From Amphiscolops sp. MND2022 (lineage: Eukaryota), in assembly GCA_964187785.1 (NCBI GenBank), contig OZ076409.1, positions 13,704,001 to 13,768,000 of the forward strand: a DNA stretch of 64,000 bases, written 5' to 3'. Position 1 is the first letter of the stretch. Each line of letters begins with the position of its first letter. Below, in pieces: positions 37,301 to 45,400 of the stretch. The position numbers were made by a program, and so were the translations under genes. The notes beneath the pieces are model-generated. The model was not told the origin of the DNA. It saw only the letters and a program-made list of their open reading frames with translations, and ran no database searches.

Positions 37301-38156
37301 TAAGCGGAGTTGAGTGTATTGAAATGTCCAAAATCAAAACTCTGATGGTATACACGGGGTGTCAAAATACACTTTGTAAAACCCTCACCAAAAATTTTTT
37401 ATTTTTCGTTGAAAAACTAAAGCAAGTTATGATTTGATTTTAAATCTTTCTTGAAGTCCAGCATTTAATGGTTTGACGAAAAACTTTTTCAGTGAAATAG
37501 CGAAGTTGAAATTAGCGGTTTAGCGATTAACGAAAAAAGCTAGCGATGTCAAAACCCTGCCCTAGTTAGTCGGCGCCTCATGAAGTGAAACGCGACTATA
37601 ATAGTGACTTTTTTTCAATCCACACGAACTGACCAAAATAGTTATGCAAAGTGCTACCAAAATTTAAGGGGGCCAAATTGGACCATGTCTCCGAAGGGTC
37701 CCCCCTTCAAGTTTTTGATATTTCCTTCGAGTTTTTGATATTTTGCAACAAAATGGATGTTAAAAAATCCCAAAGGGTCCTCCCTTTTAGCGCGCCAGTT
37801 CGGGGTCCCCCTTTGGGTTTTTCGAGTACTTTTGAAAAGCATACTTGACACTTTGAAGTGCTTTTGCTATTTTTAAGCCTTAAGTGCGGCGCCGACTTAT
37901 GCCGTTCCCGGCTTATTATTTACTAAGTGTATTGAGTAAGTGATCCATGGCGAGGAAGTGCTTGTCTCGTTCGTGGTTTCAGTTTTTGTCTCGTGTGGCG
38001 GCCATGCAACAGCAAAGCGAAGAAATTCAGCAGCAGCAGCACGGTGGGGGTGGGAGTGCGAGTTTGGGCGTGAGAGCCGACAGGAAGAAGACAGCCGGCA
38101 CCACTTCCAGAGGCGGCACCGTCAGCGAACACAACACTACCAAAACGGGACTGTGA
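4391..38156 (+). CDS. FAM47-family protein, ~542 aa, 11 exons: 4391-4467, 5214-5370, 5959-6168, 7478-7686, 8136-8279, 33521-33683, 34364-34499, 35129-35244, 35324-35422, 36847-36990, 37983-38156
   Basis: All exons are bounded by GT/AG with compatible phases (1629 nt total). FAM47-like motifs are PWYKERL, FVKDGLDDFRDG, QHPLALYSHIEES, FCDWVAELGGESNNIDES, YESKPALSVPIHVVELTNVPPEL, YGAWYLKPKQWK and HGAKEFIKFI. Confidence 0.85.
6727..7116. mobile_element. hAT-type MITE
   Basis: TIR TAGAGGTG.ACCGGACA; 8-bp TSD GACCCAAT; many subterminal CCGGA motifs. Confidence 0.85.
10484..10898 (+). repeat. 5' LTR
   Basis: TGTGACGTCATG...AACAGCTCA; direct repeat of 27863-28277. Confidence 0.97.
10901..10914 (+). 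promoter_or_regulatory. Putative primer binding site (tRNA not identified)
   Basis: TGGTGCGACCACGA begins 2 nt after the CA end of the 5' LTR. Confidence 0.7.
11056..11325 (+). repeat. Array of 5-6 bulged stem-loop units in the retroelement leader
   Basis: GTT-CTGAC-stem/loop-ATTCCT-GTCAG occurs three times, GTT-CCAAC-stem/loop-ATTCGT-GTTGG twice, followed by split GCTAG/CTAGC half-units. Confidence 0.8.
11668..11787 (+). CDS. Small hydrophobic upstream ORF, 39 aa (MPSADKIVHFLILLWFSLGILAGIALFFDRFLVPFIPRL)
   Basis: ATG..TAA read manually; one ~20-residue hydrophobic stretch; below the ORF track cutoff. Confidence 0.45.
   Translation: MPSADKIVHFLILLWFSLGILAGIALFFDRFLVPFIPRL
11895..12131 (+). 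CDS. Small hydrophobic upstream ORF, 78 aa, two putative TM segments
   Basis: From the ORF track; ends 12 nt before the gag ATG. Confidence 0.45.
   Translation: MIQAIILPLFGIFGIYYTICTLLSLTSNKFLLLPLTLITVFLQIAFVDIILPYPINFNTKHIFTQYLFPIVNNFYYDL
12144..20219 (+). CDS. Gag-Pol polyprotein, single ORF, 2691 aa
   Basis: Capsid-like IKPFDG..LTGTALSWY (~13941), CSYCHRTNHSISAC zinc knuckle (14640), RS-rich tract, protease LLDSGAS (15348), RT YIDD (16953), RNase H VDAS/TDHKPL/ADLLSR, integrase HHCC plus D-D-E (MDTKGP, TDRGTEY, NGLVE) and GPY. Confidence 0.97.
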   Translation: MLPNPFTFSSQQRSFRSTTHDITPFLHNLIYQYTNPLPFETETHSIHTISLLREHLDAYLYYFRYKTLEITQSQQPFQVIFNPIPGINNGTFYRTIHPRNLILPIQNIFTSYINQLIEHNENLDTPIYRPSLLEELKEKVDLFEVPDLDTKIIRHNNPHYWLQQDILQVTTFQYKFFKNITLDDDTIPQIKVFSHFLLKFFRFNYQLIWEPKDQNAYIHFPQILNKTELLPFIIQNNSKHPYYKNFTTLHPSHIEAIELNTDFLIEQSETSDSRPYTNLFQNNTMEEENQSSEISDNPHYTHSTQDHNITDENVIQHQPTTPRHTSQITHDPTESVQDTITNPPNTSSTTTDSNALQVPTRNITETNTHLFNQENPSTISMTNDTETQSSSIHQTITRNYDPPPPPSIHSTHSTPHNSPQQGSSNTFFTQQPPLNETQFQTTTPPIQSPQTIPYIPAQIPVQYNNPPTLTINTLHTNPISNVTTSSTLSRPPLPLIQNNPLMYNLTSTNIQSQLNTNNTQTNLNVLHSNTHHQTHLPSTITHPPPHIQSVPIQPQVNVLNIPPTSSNPSTLHTIPPNTIPPSTINTPTYINSATSISEPIKPFDGLDHNYTPEEYLQHIEARVTFSLGLQPHTTHEYKFWHARRMAFIQCSLTGTALSWYIRLNDTYKQDWHAFVQAFKKQFSSQKNAYYAQVEALSLTKKDNETVRHFALRVQQLVEKGWCNENASTINLKCNEIFTKGLPKNLKDFANKRQVKHTSTVLEPSIPFHTLVKLVDAEDIANDKIRTHDLTLEVNNLTKQLQSQSLNQQQTDQIMFTQPRDPNNKTKPAYKKYCSYCHRTNHSISACFKKQRDDEDKRDRYARSKSPQKSFVQYFRSSSNDRTQRYDTRPNEYHTRYRSRSTSRHEYQKPNRQRSISRTRYNYDRTTTPPHYTRSRYDNYQRDSRSHRSPYRSSYRSPHKRDSHSRYRSRSYSRDNNFSRYTSSYRPPSRPRDSRYSRSRSHSQTRNKINTIQQQNSNDPINFEIHMYHPTEMANALTPTSWFYSLYTHTPSNQIHRDFPSRLEISFLLDSGASISVLNHPTYITIAKLLNIKQTSSHNSSKTLTVANQTEVPILHYITITLNTTIDDNSRQFTIPFAVADIKYNILGTPFFEENIQNINIQDFTLHFKNHSRVYPNYAKFTSLLSKDYPYFSYIYRINSKTQIRLKPNTSKIAHFPINNYYNLHFSTTPQKQFFPTIPHTYFSSKFRTTFNFIEVFTDDKPDTCATIIQNSTNHIATLPTGHIGYIEVPITNEKPKYYQVNDINTLIHNVTHTYHPEITEIIPPTNYSTTTEQQPISPTQFSLNQVLMTDADSLPHSPSLYNVQPTSHSSKPRVFPSLPYSPENLKFINKFNFQFSDLTDTEYITLCNLLLKHKTCYATHKNDVGKIATPFRIRLKPNAQLLTQRPSKVPIHYRDKLNTLLKDLEKHNIIKQIGSSPQDKPVYGTTYLNPLIIIPKGDSIKCVLDARHLNSNTEQSDESWPIEPLAPQLARANKKYKSAIDLMYAYAHTPLDEETIKLTSFSSGDKLFAFIRGFYGLKGLPNFFTKQMSSFFKTLIEQGFALVYIDDILLLSNSKEHMFQLIEQLHNISTKNNLKLAPEKSFFMLLKVKFLGHEIGYNTIKPIHSKISAIHKIPSPTGKVALMSFIGALNFYTKFIDKLHINLKPFYDLLHENTPWKWTDDHERLFQTLKNSLTADTELTIPNTKHPFFITVDASLIGLGAVLFQLNDHNQMKVISYNSRILNPQEQKLSTLERELLGIVHALQIYEFIIIGSPHPIHVFTDHKPLLHCFTKKGNLSPRFYRAQMQLTKFSKLKIIHTPGKNLSVADLLSRSFTKEELQINQLKHKHLPPQIDFTILQNNKLQPVHYLIKHEEVLPHQKHDSHPILADYGTDQFSLRINDKGNDIIVKPLNSFSFNAITPFQTKFKAPAKKHNKSLHQQSLLLNDTDVTSDDDDHIYTRIPKTNSSFTHDTKLKEQETFSTITKPKPTITPKSNSETTSAIDVQTNSTSMTHSSQLVPFYDPSFFKYKLYFQGFFLPDDYSLDLKTLQVQQSQDPVLRTVHSWIINNEKPEFLTPLITGNLFLHAYYKRFTQLFIDTTTNLISLHTTHPLPPETHPISIPHILHDTIRICLPFRMFQTVFNKLHDHSHTGIKITYNTFSQYYYIPYLEKWLSIFIHDCLECQKNKHFNMKIQTAPTQSFSEHAPFFNYRISMDTKGPINPPSQHKSYIHAIVDTFSHFVVTVPIKSNNAKTAVKTLLHHWITKYGPPIYLVTDRGTEYVNQDIAHLCTLMGIRHSPRTAYSPWANGLVEVQNRNLGTHLRMFLHNTPENWAFQVHMYAYAHNSQPISELNVSPYEIVFHTRPRIPLTFDLNLNRNTSKTCISQYCSQLPEHSHYDKTDLNPFFYKTLSKPIPQWFLAVETAMLQIYSTVYYYTLKKLNSHAYITKTYHEGKPLPIGTFVLKRHFAHVHFSDKLKPLRIGPYKILDRLSDVTYELLAQDGSTLHVHRNHIIPYYPKEPLLYPHLRNFMRFSDSIKLDIPKPIQYANSDSSPFNSDESLSDDTSVSDNDQLLSPNNIFPQTPSNTNPSSTINLPFQSIPQTPSTNHSRDRTRHQSQNQSPSPSFTNNRDTKTHYNLRQQPKMDYRIFIPPSKL
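20281..21543 (+). CDS. 420-codon stop-to-stop ORF with no ATG, between pol and env; S/T/P-rich N-terminal part and globular-looking C-terminus; function unknown
   Basis: Manual translation is open from after TGA 20278-20280 to TAA 21541-21543. Codon style matches neighbouring viral ORFs. There is an in-frame CTG at 20299 in an AAT-CTG-G context. Confidence 0.75.
   Translation, partial: SNWPTNLDSSSETSPSAPNIPSPSESSVSNTTTNSNVTPITPSKRPRSHIITTSPTPSSHTHSTHISRPPIAEIPYTPRSRSQPSFVHIPHPHTVAHLVNYKQPTAIKTARVSPNLPSKLDIVPLSDIEYTPLPTLHLPSESSNPSQLYPPLKPLRHPSTSLSNLIDSPSEYLPQTDTSGSDIVPHHRYNLRPLPNRRLSATDSSTLNFSALSSNSALRLLRQHAQPLSSDTAHSSDFVPQSYLTSGLDTASLLSSDVQTAYLSGNLFSEVLVPTPVAPHVRIPEYYTYDQSRPPTPNFADYPLRVDGVTIYDPQNDPRFPLLAERFITTNNSLSHKRKETELKRLQTPNLEIKFEVKVKFQGLNPHPIFHVAKIEHKTTPAPFEVIFVDFNRDPELNDLAYGKIVFYNPFSGLKYTTSF
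21485..24212 (+). CDS. Envelope glycoprotein, chuvirus/herpes gB-like class III fusogen type, ~908 aa if the A8 run at 21850-21857 is read as A7
   Basis: Hydrophobic signal region, HYDC..C..FKC..C, CYFADGFC, FCGK..LYSTQYSDLFV, HINTKIDY, CELERNQL, DRCFDRIP..VDPITR, AGIYSNAEL, C-terminal TM region and N-glycosylation sequons. ORFs 21485-21883 and 21690-24212 join at AYAKK/ERKICFQG. Confidence 0.85.
24429..25850 (+). CDS. Accessory ORF, 473 aa, unknown function
   Basis: Intact ORF inside the LTRs, preceded by acceptor-like TACTTTCAG (24413); C-terminal heptad-like helix. Confidence 0.8.
   Translation: MTQAQLDFHNMTPQVTQEQIDLQNQLEIHTADLITKPLSNDSPILFLDTKETTDDPIQDQMEHQNIPEQQNISTIPTKNKTPSDPDQSPDTPPPTKKKYEIMKDPAFLSSPIYPPIIPTKPQLSTTRDDYLVPILSNHRFSFKSQLTSLYMHPTDYTFKLYDKNQDFFTSIASKIMAPYHYWLHNGIKIFSLQFNFLRPSIYDLKTDENDPSFLSTAQKATHHLTYTRFLQHSKPQNYIFANYKYTSPFTMTNLYTIDHSKITGYLRNYDPIKQYFCLLPHNDTSRPLIVPQEYLIHFDDFLLPCNIPTQIVKPLTVIKHLVSTPLDDKDTSHYTALYKQSYSYNELLFIAAKVISYMVRAEQSLEIQTEHQRQNKTRKTPPPSPIKQTTSEKLATILNNRTLKNLTQMLDPYKRNSSDSPITTLNHLIHCHNRTSQLLQTLDLDSQRITQSSQAIQSALESMNTLFNTLNIN
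26257..26736 (+). CDS. Accessory ORF, 159 aa, unknown function
   Basis: Intact ORF inside the LTRs with good start context (CAAATGG) and globular composition. Confidence 0.7.
   Translation: MAPTQQSEIKKLVQSTESKVHSLKAAIFHTMAYKMSLEINKGDITLPTRRSFLKVLYNVCQIRKKDITFEQYYRIHVHGPKIAICEITSDTVFVLNSAFTAKDNYFRVAIDEAIDAFNAVLLDFGYTQQLQKYDPTTHQVHPQPKHPFWPKPHTSNKST
26771..27005 (+). repeat. 32-bp tandem repeat, ~8 copies, in the 3' non-coding region of the retroelement
   Basis: Unit TGCTTCTCGATGACTTCACTTTCTCCAATTGC; TGAC at 26781, 26813, 26845, 26877 and 26909, then degenerate copies. Confidence 0.9.
27863..28277 (+). repeat. 3' LTR
   Basis: Matches the 5' LTR apart from one substitution seen by eye (TAACATAAG vs TAACGTAAG). 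Confidence 0.97.
28481..32155. repeat. ~104-bp tandem satellite, ~35 copies
   Basis: ACTTCCATAGGGGATAAGTTCT..GGTTTGAAAAATTGTTGA..CTCAAAATGGCTTAC repeats, with unit starts at 28481 and 28585. Confidence 0.97.
35798..36701. mobile_element. TIR element (TAGCCGCTCGATAATA) containing a nested insertion at 35941-36424
   Basis: Inverted termini; the nested element is flanked by the 9-bp direct repeat CCGAACAGG. A short relative lies at 8323-8506. Confidence 0.65.
36222..36350. repeat. Short interspersed repeat with GCTTCGCTC motifs; second copy at ~41731-41856
   Basis: TATGGCTCGGTC..GCCAAGTAGCAACATTGAGGCATGG..GACTACGTTAT is shared between the two sites. Confidence 0.8.
37568..37913 (+). mobile_element. 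HINE family A copy
   Basis: AGTCGGCGCC..GGCGCCGACT followed by the imperfect hairpin GCCGTTCCCGGC. Confidence 0.65.
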
Positions 38157-38630
38157 CGTCACCACATTGCTCATTCGATAATTATTACTCAATTGCTACT
38201 CTTCCACTTAATTGATAGTTACACTCTCAGAAATATTCTTGCAACCAATCTCGTTTTCCTCCTTTTTTTGAAAAAAACTATTATTGAGATGTTATTTCAC
38301 GATGTGAGTGGGTTTAGGCGGGAAGGGCGTTCTACTGCGCAGATTATTTTAATGCTCATATGTTCATCTGGTATGTGATCAGTACAAATTTCGAAGTGGT
38401 GATAGTAAACAAAGTCAGCAGCTTCAATACCTGTTGCATTTAGAACGCCAGCTTCCTTTCGACCATGTATTCGACCCAAAGCAATAGGGACATGGCGACT
38501 TGTTTTGTTGCTAATATTTTCACCGTTATTTCTTACACTCTTTGCACCAAAGTCCTGGACCTCCCTATAGTAATGATCCCTTTCAAGTTAGAGAATTTGC
38601 TCAGACAAAAACATAGACTCATACCAAACA

Positions 38631-39152
38631 AGCCGAGAACGGGCAAAGTCGGCGCCATATCTAAGGCTCAAAATTGAAAAGGGGGACCCTTCGGGCTTTG
38701 TGAAACTCCAGCTGGCTGCAAAAAATGAAAAAAAAATTGAAAGGGGGACCCTTTGGGGACATGAAAAAAATTCCCAAAAAAAAAATTTTTAATGAGATTT
38801 TTGAACAGTGTCACAGTGCCGAAAAATGTAAAAGGGGGGGACCCTTTGCAATTTTTCGACATCCATTGTGTTGCAAAATATCGAAACAAATGAAGGGGTG
38901 ACCCTTTGGTGCAATCCAAAAAGTTTCAAAAAGTCTCATAGTGCCGAAAAAAAGTGGGGCTATGTGGGGATTCTTAGTGTGTTTTTGAGGTTCTGGACGT
39001 CTGTTTTGTTTTTTCTTTTCGTTTTGGACGCGCTTCTGAGGTTGGAGTTGTTGAGGTTTGACGTTGTTGAACAAATGAACAAAAAAGTGGACCTTACGCG
39101 TCTAAAAAAACTACCCGCTGTAAGAGTCGCCGACTACTAAAATGCGCCGACT
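38631..39152 (-). mobile_element. HINE family A copy
   Basis: Same termini (AAGTCGGCGCCATATCTAAGGCTC..GCGCCGACTAAAA) and internal GGGGGACCCTTT repeats. Confidence 0.6.
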
Positions 39153-39889
39153 AAAAACAGGCATCGATCAGAAACGTTGTAGTATCAGAATCACACATTG
39201 AGAAACTTATACCGCGTCTCACTTTTTTGGTTTATTTCAAATGAACCTACGGATTAAGCTCGAATATTTCAAAGTTTTTGATCTTTTTATGTTTTAGACA
39301 TACGTCGCTAAGCTGTTAGGATTCGCTTGGATCCCTCTGTTTTAGTTTTGAATCCCTCCCGAAATTTTACACCAAAGAGTGATTTAAAAAATATCATAAG
39401 GATAACGGAATCTTATCACTGAATGTTTCTACTTATGACATTTCGACTGGTTGTTCTGTTTGAACACAATTCATTCGAATTTATTTTTCTCATGCAAGGT
39501 ATAGTTGGTAATGTTCTCGCTCAACCAAGTACGTCAGTTCCCGTTTTCTAACAAAAATTACTGGATAGTAAAAAAACGGGGGGGGGGGGGGAGGTGTGGC
39601 TTCAGTCAGAAAACATGTTTTTCATTTGAATCTTTTGGGCAACTGTGAGGGTGAAAAATTTTTGACGCCTTGATTATTTTCTCGGTCACATTTTGAAGTT
39701 GTTCTGAAATACTCTTGCAGGAAAGTATCTGAGAACTTATATTTTTATGATTTCTGCGATAGCAGGAATAATATTGATATCTGAACTTAGTAAATTTTTT
39801 GTGCATGGGTAATTATGCATTCGTACGCCGAATTCATTGAGATGAAGCGAGCAAGTGTGCGTAATTATGCTTCCGTACGCCGAGTTATT

Positions 39890-40893
39890 ACACTTGCGAT
39901 AAGCAAGTGTTATGGGAAAGTGTGGGTGCTTTTCTTTCCGCGCGACAAATCTCGTTTCAGCCCGCAAGTCGCATAGTTCAGGCGTTCGTGGTCTAGTGGT
40001 AAGATGCTTGCTTTTCAACCCAGATGGTTCGTGTTCGAACCCGTGAGTATGCGCTAATTTTTTTACAAGTATTCCGAAGCAAAAGGTTCTCACTTTTTCG
40101 GCATTATTAGACTCCTCCCTTTTTTCGGCTTTGTGATACTTTTTTTTCGAAAATTATTTAATGTCCTCAAAGGGTCCTCCCTTCAATTCGTTTTGATATT
40201 TTGCAACAGAACGAATGTTAAAAAATCCCAAAGGGTCCCTTCTTTCAGATTTTTCGGCACTATGAGACTTCTAAAAATTCTTATTTTTTTTGTTTTTTTT
40301 TTCGAAAATTTTTCAAAGACTACAAAGGTTCCCCTTCAATTTTTTGAAATTTTGCAACAGAATGCTTGCTAAAAAATCGCAAAGGGCCTCCTTTCACAGT
40401 TTTCGGCATTCTGAGAAATTTCAAAATGAATAATTTTTGTCTTAAAATTAGGTTTTCTGAGGCCCAGCACGCTATATACGAATTTTGTTTATTTTAAAGA
40501 CCGGCGTTTTTTGTATGCTACTTTTTTCTAATCTGTTTTCATCGAAGCGCCCCCTCAATTTTTACTTAAAATGAAACGTTTTGCGAGCATAAAGGACTGC
40601 TCTAGGTTTTCGGCACTATGCGACTTACCGGAGACCTTCAAAATTTTTTTCGAAAAATTTCGATTTTTTTCCTTTTAAAAACAATGTTACCTGTTGAGAG
40701 AGATGGTTTTTTTGCTGTTTACAGTTGGGGAAGAATGGTTTTCGAGATTTATGCGTATCCCTTCGGGTATTTTTGGCGCAGTAAAATTGATGAAATTTTA
40801 ACAATGTCCTTTCACACTTGGTTCTCCGTATGATTTTGCTTATTTGGTTTTCTTCAAAAGTTCGCAAGTGTTTGCGAAGCACGGCTTCGCCTC
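39890..40893 (+). mobile_element. Non-autonomous Helentron/HINE, family B, carrying a tRNA-derived segment
   Basis: 5' ACACTTGCGA with local IR GCAAGTGT; 3' TCGCAAGTGT (40862-40871) followed by hairpin GCGAAGC-ACG-GCTTCGC. It interrupts a repeat that is continuous near 10381-10420. Confidence 0.7.
39982..40053 (+). pseudogene. Degenerate tRNA-like sequence, probably Gly(TCC)-derived
   Basis: GCGTTCG start, A-box TGGTCTAGTGG and B-box GTTCGAACC; acceptor and anticodon stems pair poorly. Confidence 0.65.
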
Positions 40894-42435
40894 TGTGTTA
40901 ATTATTCGTTCGCCGAGAGCTTCGCCTGCATTCAAATGCAATACGAAACTTCGTCTACGCTTAGTAGATATATTTTCTTTAGTCCGAGAAGAATTAAAGG
41001 CGGTGTAAACTGGTACAGTTATTAATTGTGCGCTATATAATGATTGAACAGGAGTGTTTAGTCATTCCAGATATGCTTCTACTTTGAACATGAAAACCTA
41101 AAAAGCAGAAATATACCGTGCCCCGCAGGGGCCTATTTTTGAAAAGTGAAATTGGTTGTTCTGTGACAAAAGACGGGAACGCTTCACAAAAAGCGCCGAC
41201 TAAAAATAGCACTTCAGATAGTTTATCAAGCACAGTGGATCCCGGATATAAGACTCCTGCTTATAGTCAATGCGCATCTTGGCCCCGATTGCCAATTTGA
41301 TTCCTTTTTGAACCCGCATATAAGAGTTCGATTATAAGAAACACCACTAGCTGTTACGCTGACGTTGATTATATCCGGGATCTATTGTATTTCTATGAAA
41401 AATGAGGTTTTCATCTATTTTTCTAGAATTATCTTTTCAAAACAGATAGCTAGTACATGTATGTGCCCTTCAGTACTTTGGCCCAATCTTTTCTGCTGTA
41501 GACAATTCCAGTATTTTGCTGATTATCGAAAATTAGCACGGAGAGCAACTGAAAAATAGGAGTCATCTACTACAGACATAATGTAATACACATATAATTT
41601 CTGGTGACTATTCATACAACGGAATTTACAAAAAGATCTCGAACAGCAGAATTCAAATTAGTAGCTTTTAGTGCTGTTGCAGCCAAGACGTATGGAATTT
41701 GACTTATTGAAGAGCTTAGCAAAATTGTTCTATGGCTCGGTCTCTTCGCTCCCTTCGCCAAGTAGCAACATTGAGGCATGGCCATATGGCACGTCGCTCC
41801 GCTTCGATTCTGTATTTAGGGTACTAGGGGTATGTGAACATAGCTGACTACGTTATAATAATAATTCCGACAAAATCAGACGCGTTTTCAGCTTAGTTTT
41901 GCTGTTTGAAAATTAGATGTGTATTACATTATGTCTGTATGACGTTCCCCAAAAATAGTATTGGAAATTTTCAAACGATATTAACGTTTATACTACAACA
42001 TATGTAGAAACTTGTTGCATATCCTTCAATAGAAGAAAAGTTCATTGTTGAGATTCAGAGTTTCCAGATCTTCAGAGCTCATTTTCTCTACCTTCTATCT
42101 TCAACAACCACTTTCTCTAGATGTTGCATGAAGCATTATTTTTGCCCGCCCGGGGTTGACGATAGGAAAGATGACTAGGTATTTTGCGCTCCTTTCTGAG
42201 AATTTTTGATGTCTTAGGTAAACCTTCGATCGAAAAAAGAAGTTCATAATTTAATTGTCATAATCTTAAGAATCTTATCTCCCGGAGATCTTTCGCTGAG
42301 GTGGCGCCCTTTAATAGCACCTGTGAATTGTGAATTTTCAGATGAGTGGCTTATATGGATAGACGAAAATGAATTAGAAAATATATATACATATTCGAGA
42401 GCCCTACTCAATTGCCAATCAACTATAATTCACCG

Positions 42436-45400
42436 ATGGAAGAATCCTCCAGAATTCAAAATGGTGCTAAACAAACTTTGCCAGATGCTCCGGAGCATTG
42501 CCCTGGCGTGAAGAGCGAGAATGCTGGCAAGGCAAGTCCCTGTGCCGGATGTCCCAACCAGAAGATATGCTCCTCTGGACAGGCGGCGAAAGACGGAGAG
42601 AACAATGCGCAAGAAATCAGAGACAAGTTGTCCGATGTCAAGTTCAAAGTGCTTGTCATGAGTGGGAAGGGGGGCGTGGGAAAAAGCACAATCACCGCTG
42701 CTCTTGCCAGGTACTGCCGAATTGATGATGTGTATATAGACATTTTGTCGTGTTGTGCTTCTTATGAAAATGATGTAGCGTAGTTAGTGTTGTTAGATAA
42801 AAATCAATTGATAAATATCAATGATAAAAATCAAGATAATTATCACCCTCAGTTTTCATTATCACTGATTAAAATCAAATACGACGCTTGCAGGCCTGAT
42901 CGGGTCTAGCTCAATTAGACGAACGCTCAACTAACCGATTAATCAATTGGAAGACTATCAGCTGTTTCTATAATTTTATTGGTTTATTCAACTTCGCTGA
43001 CATACTCCGATTACGTAATCATTACCAGCAGTGAGCGGAACTGTAATAGGAATGCGGTAGCCGTGATTTTAACCTTACAGGATTATAGCCGCTTGTGATT
43101 TCAACCGAATCTTTGATCGCTCTTTAATGTCATTCGGCTATATTCCACGCCACCTAGGAATGCTCGCAAAATTGTTCAACTGCACAGTCGTCTAACTGAG
43201 CGGGCGTTCAATTGCACGGTACCCAGGCCTGATCAAGTTTACGTAATCTGAGCGTCGGAGAGTGTGTTCACAAAGCGGGAAAACTTTGTTTTCTGTTTCA
43301 AAGTTCTGAATGACTAACGAAGTTTGTTGATTTTGTCATTGACTTACGTATAATTCAATCGTTTCTGCCTGACCCTATTTTGGGGTACGGAAAACTCAAC
43401 ACATGAAAACTCAAAACAAGAAAACTCAACACAGAAAACTCATCACAAAGTAGAAAACAGAAAACTCAACACAAGAAAACTCAACACAGAAAACTCAACA
43501 CAAAAACAACACATGAAAACTCAACACAAGAAAACTCAACACAGAAAACTCATCACAAAGTAGAAAACAGAAAACTCAACACAAGAAAACTCAACACAAG
43601 AAAACTCAACACAGAAAACTCAACACATGAAAACTCAACACAAGAAAACTCAACACAGAAAACTCATCACAAAGTAGAAAACAGAAAACTCAACACAAGA
43701 AAACTCAACACAAGAAAACTCAACACAGAAAACTCAACACAAAAACTCAACACATTTCAACACATTTAATTAATTTTAGTTAAAACCTCAATTGAGTTTA
43801 ATTTTCCGAAATCTAACTGATTGTTAAATCCGGATTATTTCTGTTTACACTTAGTCACAGTTGCGACTCATTTCAAGAACATATAAAGCCGTATAATTTC
43901 CTTTACACCTAGTCATGATTGCTACTTTTTCCAATATTAAACTGTTTTTCACGTTGAAACGTTTACATTGGCCCAACCCATAAAACAAAACGATAGAAAA
44001 AATTTAATTGCAAACACAAATATTTTAGAAAAACTGTGTCAAATGCATAAATTATGAGTAGTACTACTCATAATTTATGCATTTGACACAATTTTTCTAA
44101 AATATTTGTGTTTGCATTTAAATTTTTTCTATCGTTTTGTTTTATGGGTTGGGCCAATGTAAACGTTTCAACGTGAAAAACAGTTTAATATTGGAAAAAG
44201 TCGCAATCATGACTAGGTGTAAAGGAAATTATACGTCTTTATATGTTCTTGAAATGAGTCGCAACTGTGACTAAGTGTAAACAGAAATAATCCGGATTTA
44301 ACAATTAGTTAGATTTCGGAAAATTAAACTCAATTGAGGTTTTAACTAAAATTAATTAAATGTGTTGAAATGTGTTGAGTTTTTGTGTTGAGTTTTCTGT
44401 GTTGAGTTTTCTTGTGTTGAGTTTTCTGTTTTCTACTTTGTGATGAGTTTTCTGTGTTGAGTTTTCTTGTGTTGAGTTTTCATGTGTTGAGTTTTCTGTG
44501 TTGAGTTTTCTTGTGTTGAGTTTTCTTGTGTTGAGTTTTCTGGTAATCCCTATTTTCATCGGATTTTTTGATAATTATCCGATTTTAATAAAAGAAATCG
44601 GTTTTTTTTTGATTTTTTAAATCAAGATTTTTAACAACACAAAGCGTAGTTGATCGGATGAAAAATTGAAAAAAATGAAAGATAATTTGGAATGAAGTGA
44701 TTTTGGTTCTCATCTTACCTTGAGTATCCGCAAACTAAAAATAAATTAGTGAAAGTAAAATAAATTTGGAAATGAGACGTTATTGAAGAAATCATGGTTT
44801 GGATCAGGCATTTGACAGGGCTATTTTTTGGCTAATCGCTAAAGCGCTAATTTCAAATTCGTTATTTCGCTGAAAGTTTCTGCAAACTATTAAATGTTTA
44901 ACTCCAAGTTTATTTCAAACTTAAAGGATTACTTGAGCCACTTTTTTTGAAGAGAAAGACTGGAATTTTCATACTATGCGGGTTTTACGAAAGTAAAAGT
45001 TTGAATTTTTCGAGTATCCTTTTGGAACTCCGTGTATACTCTGAGGAAATTTTGATTTTGGATATTCTATTAGTTGCCGCTAATTTGAATCACTAATGAA
45101 ATCGCTGAAAATTCCTGCGCGATCGCTTAATCGCTAAGAAGCGGTGTCAAAACTCTGGTTTGGATTGTCTCTGATTATGTAAGCTGAAGGACCTTTCGGA
45201 ATTTTGTTCTTGTGATATTCCAACACGACCTATCATCGTTGACTTGAATCATCGTCTGGAAATATTGCAAACGTGCAGTTAATTTACTAGGTATCTGGCT
45301 TCTGACGGTGAATCGCAAGTGGGCGTGCTTGATCTGGACATCTGTGGACCCTCGCTGGCCACCATGTTCCACGCCGAGGACGAGTCGGTGCACCAGAGTA

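Noticed and set aside
39982..40053. Functional tRNA gene
   Set aside because: The acceptor and anticodon stems are disrupted and it lies inside a repeat.
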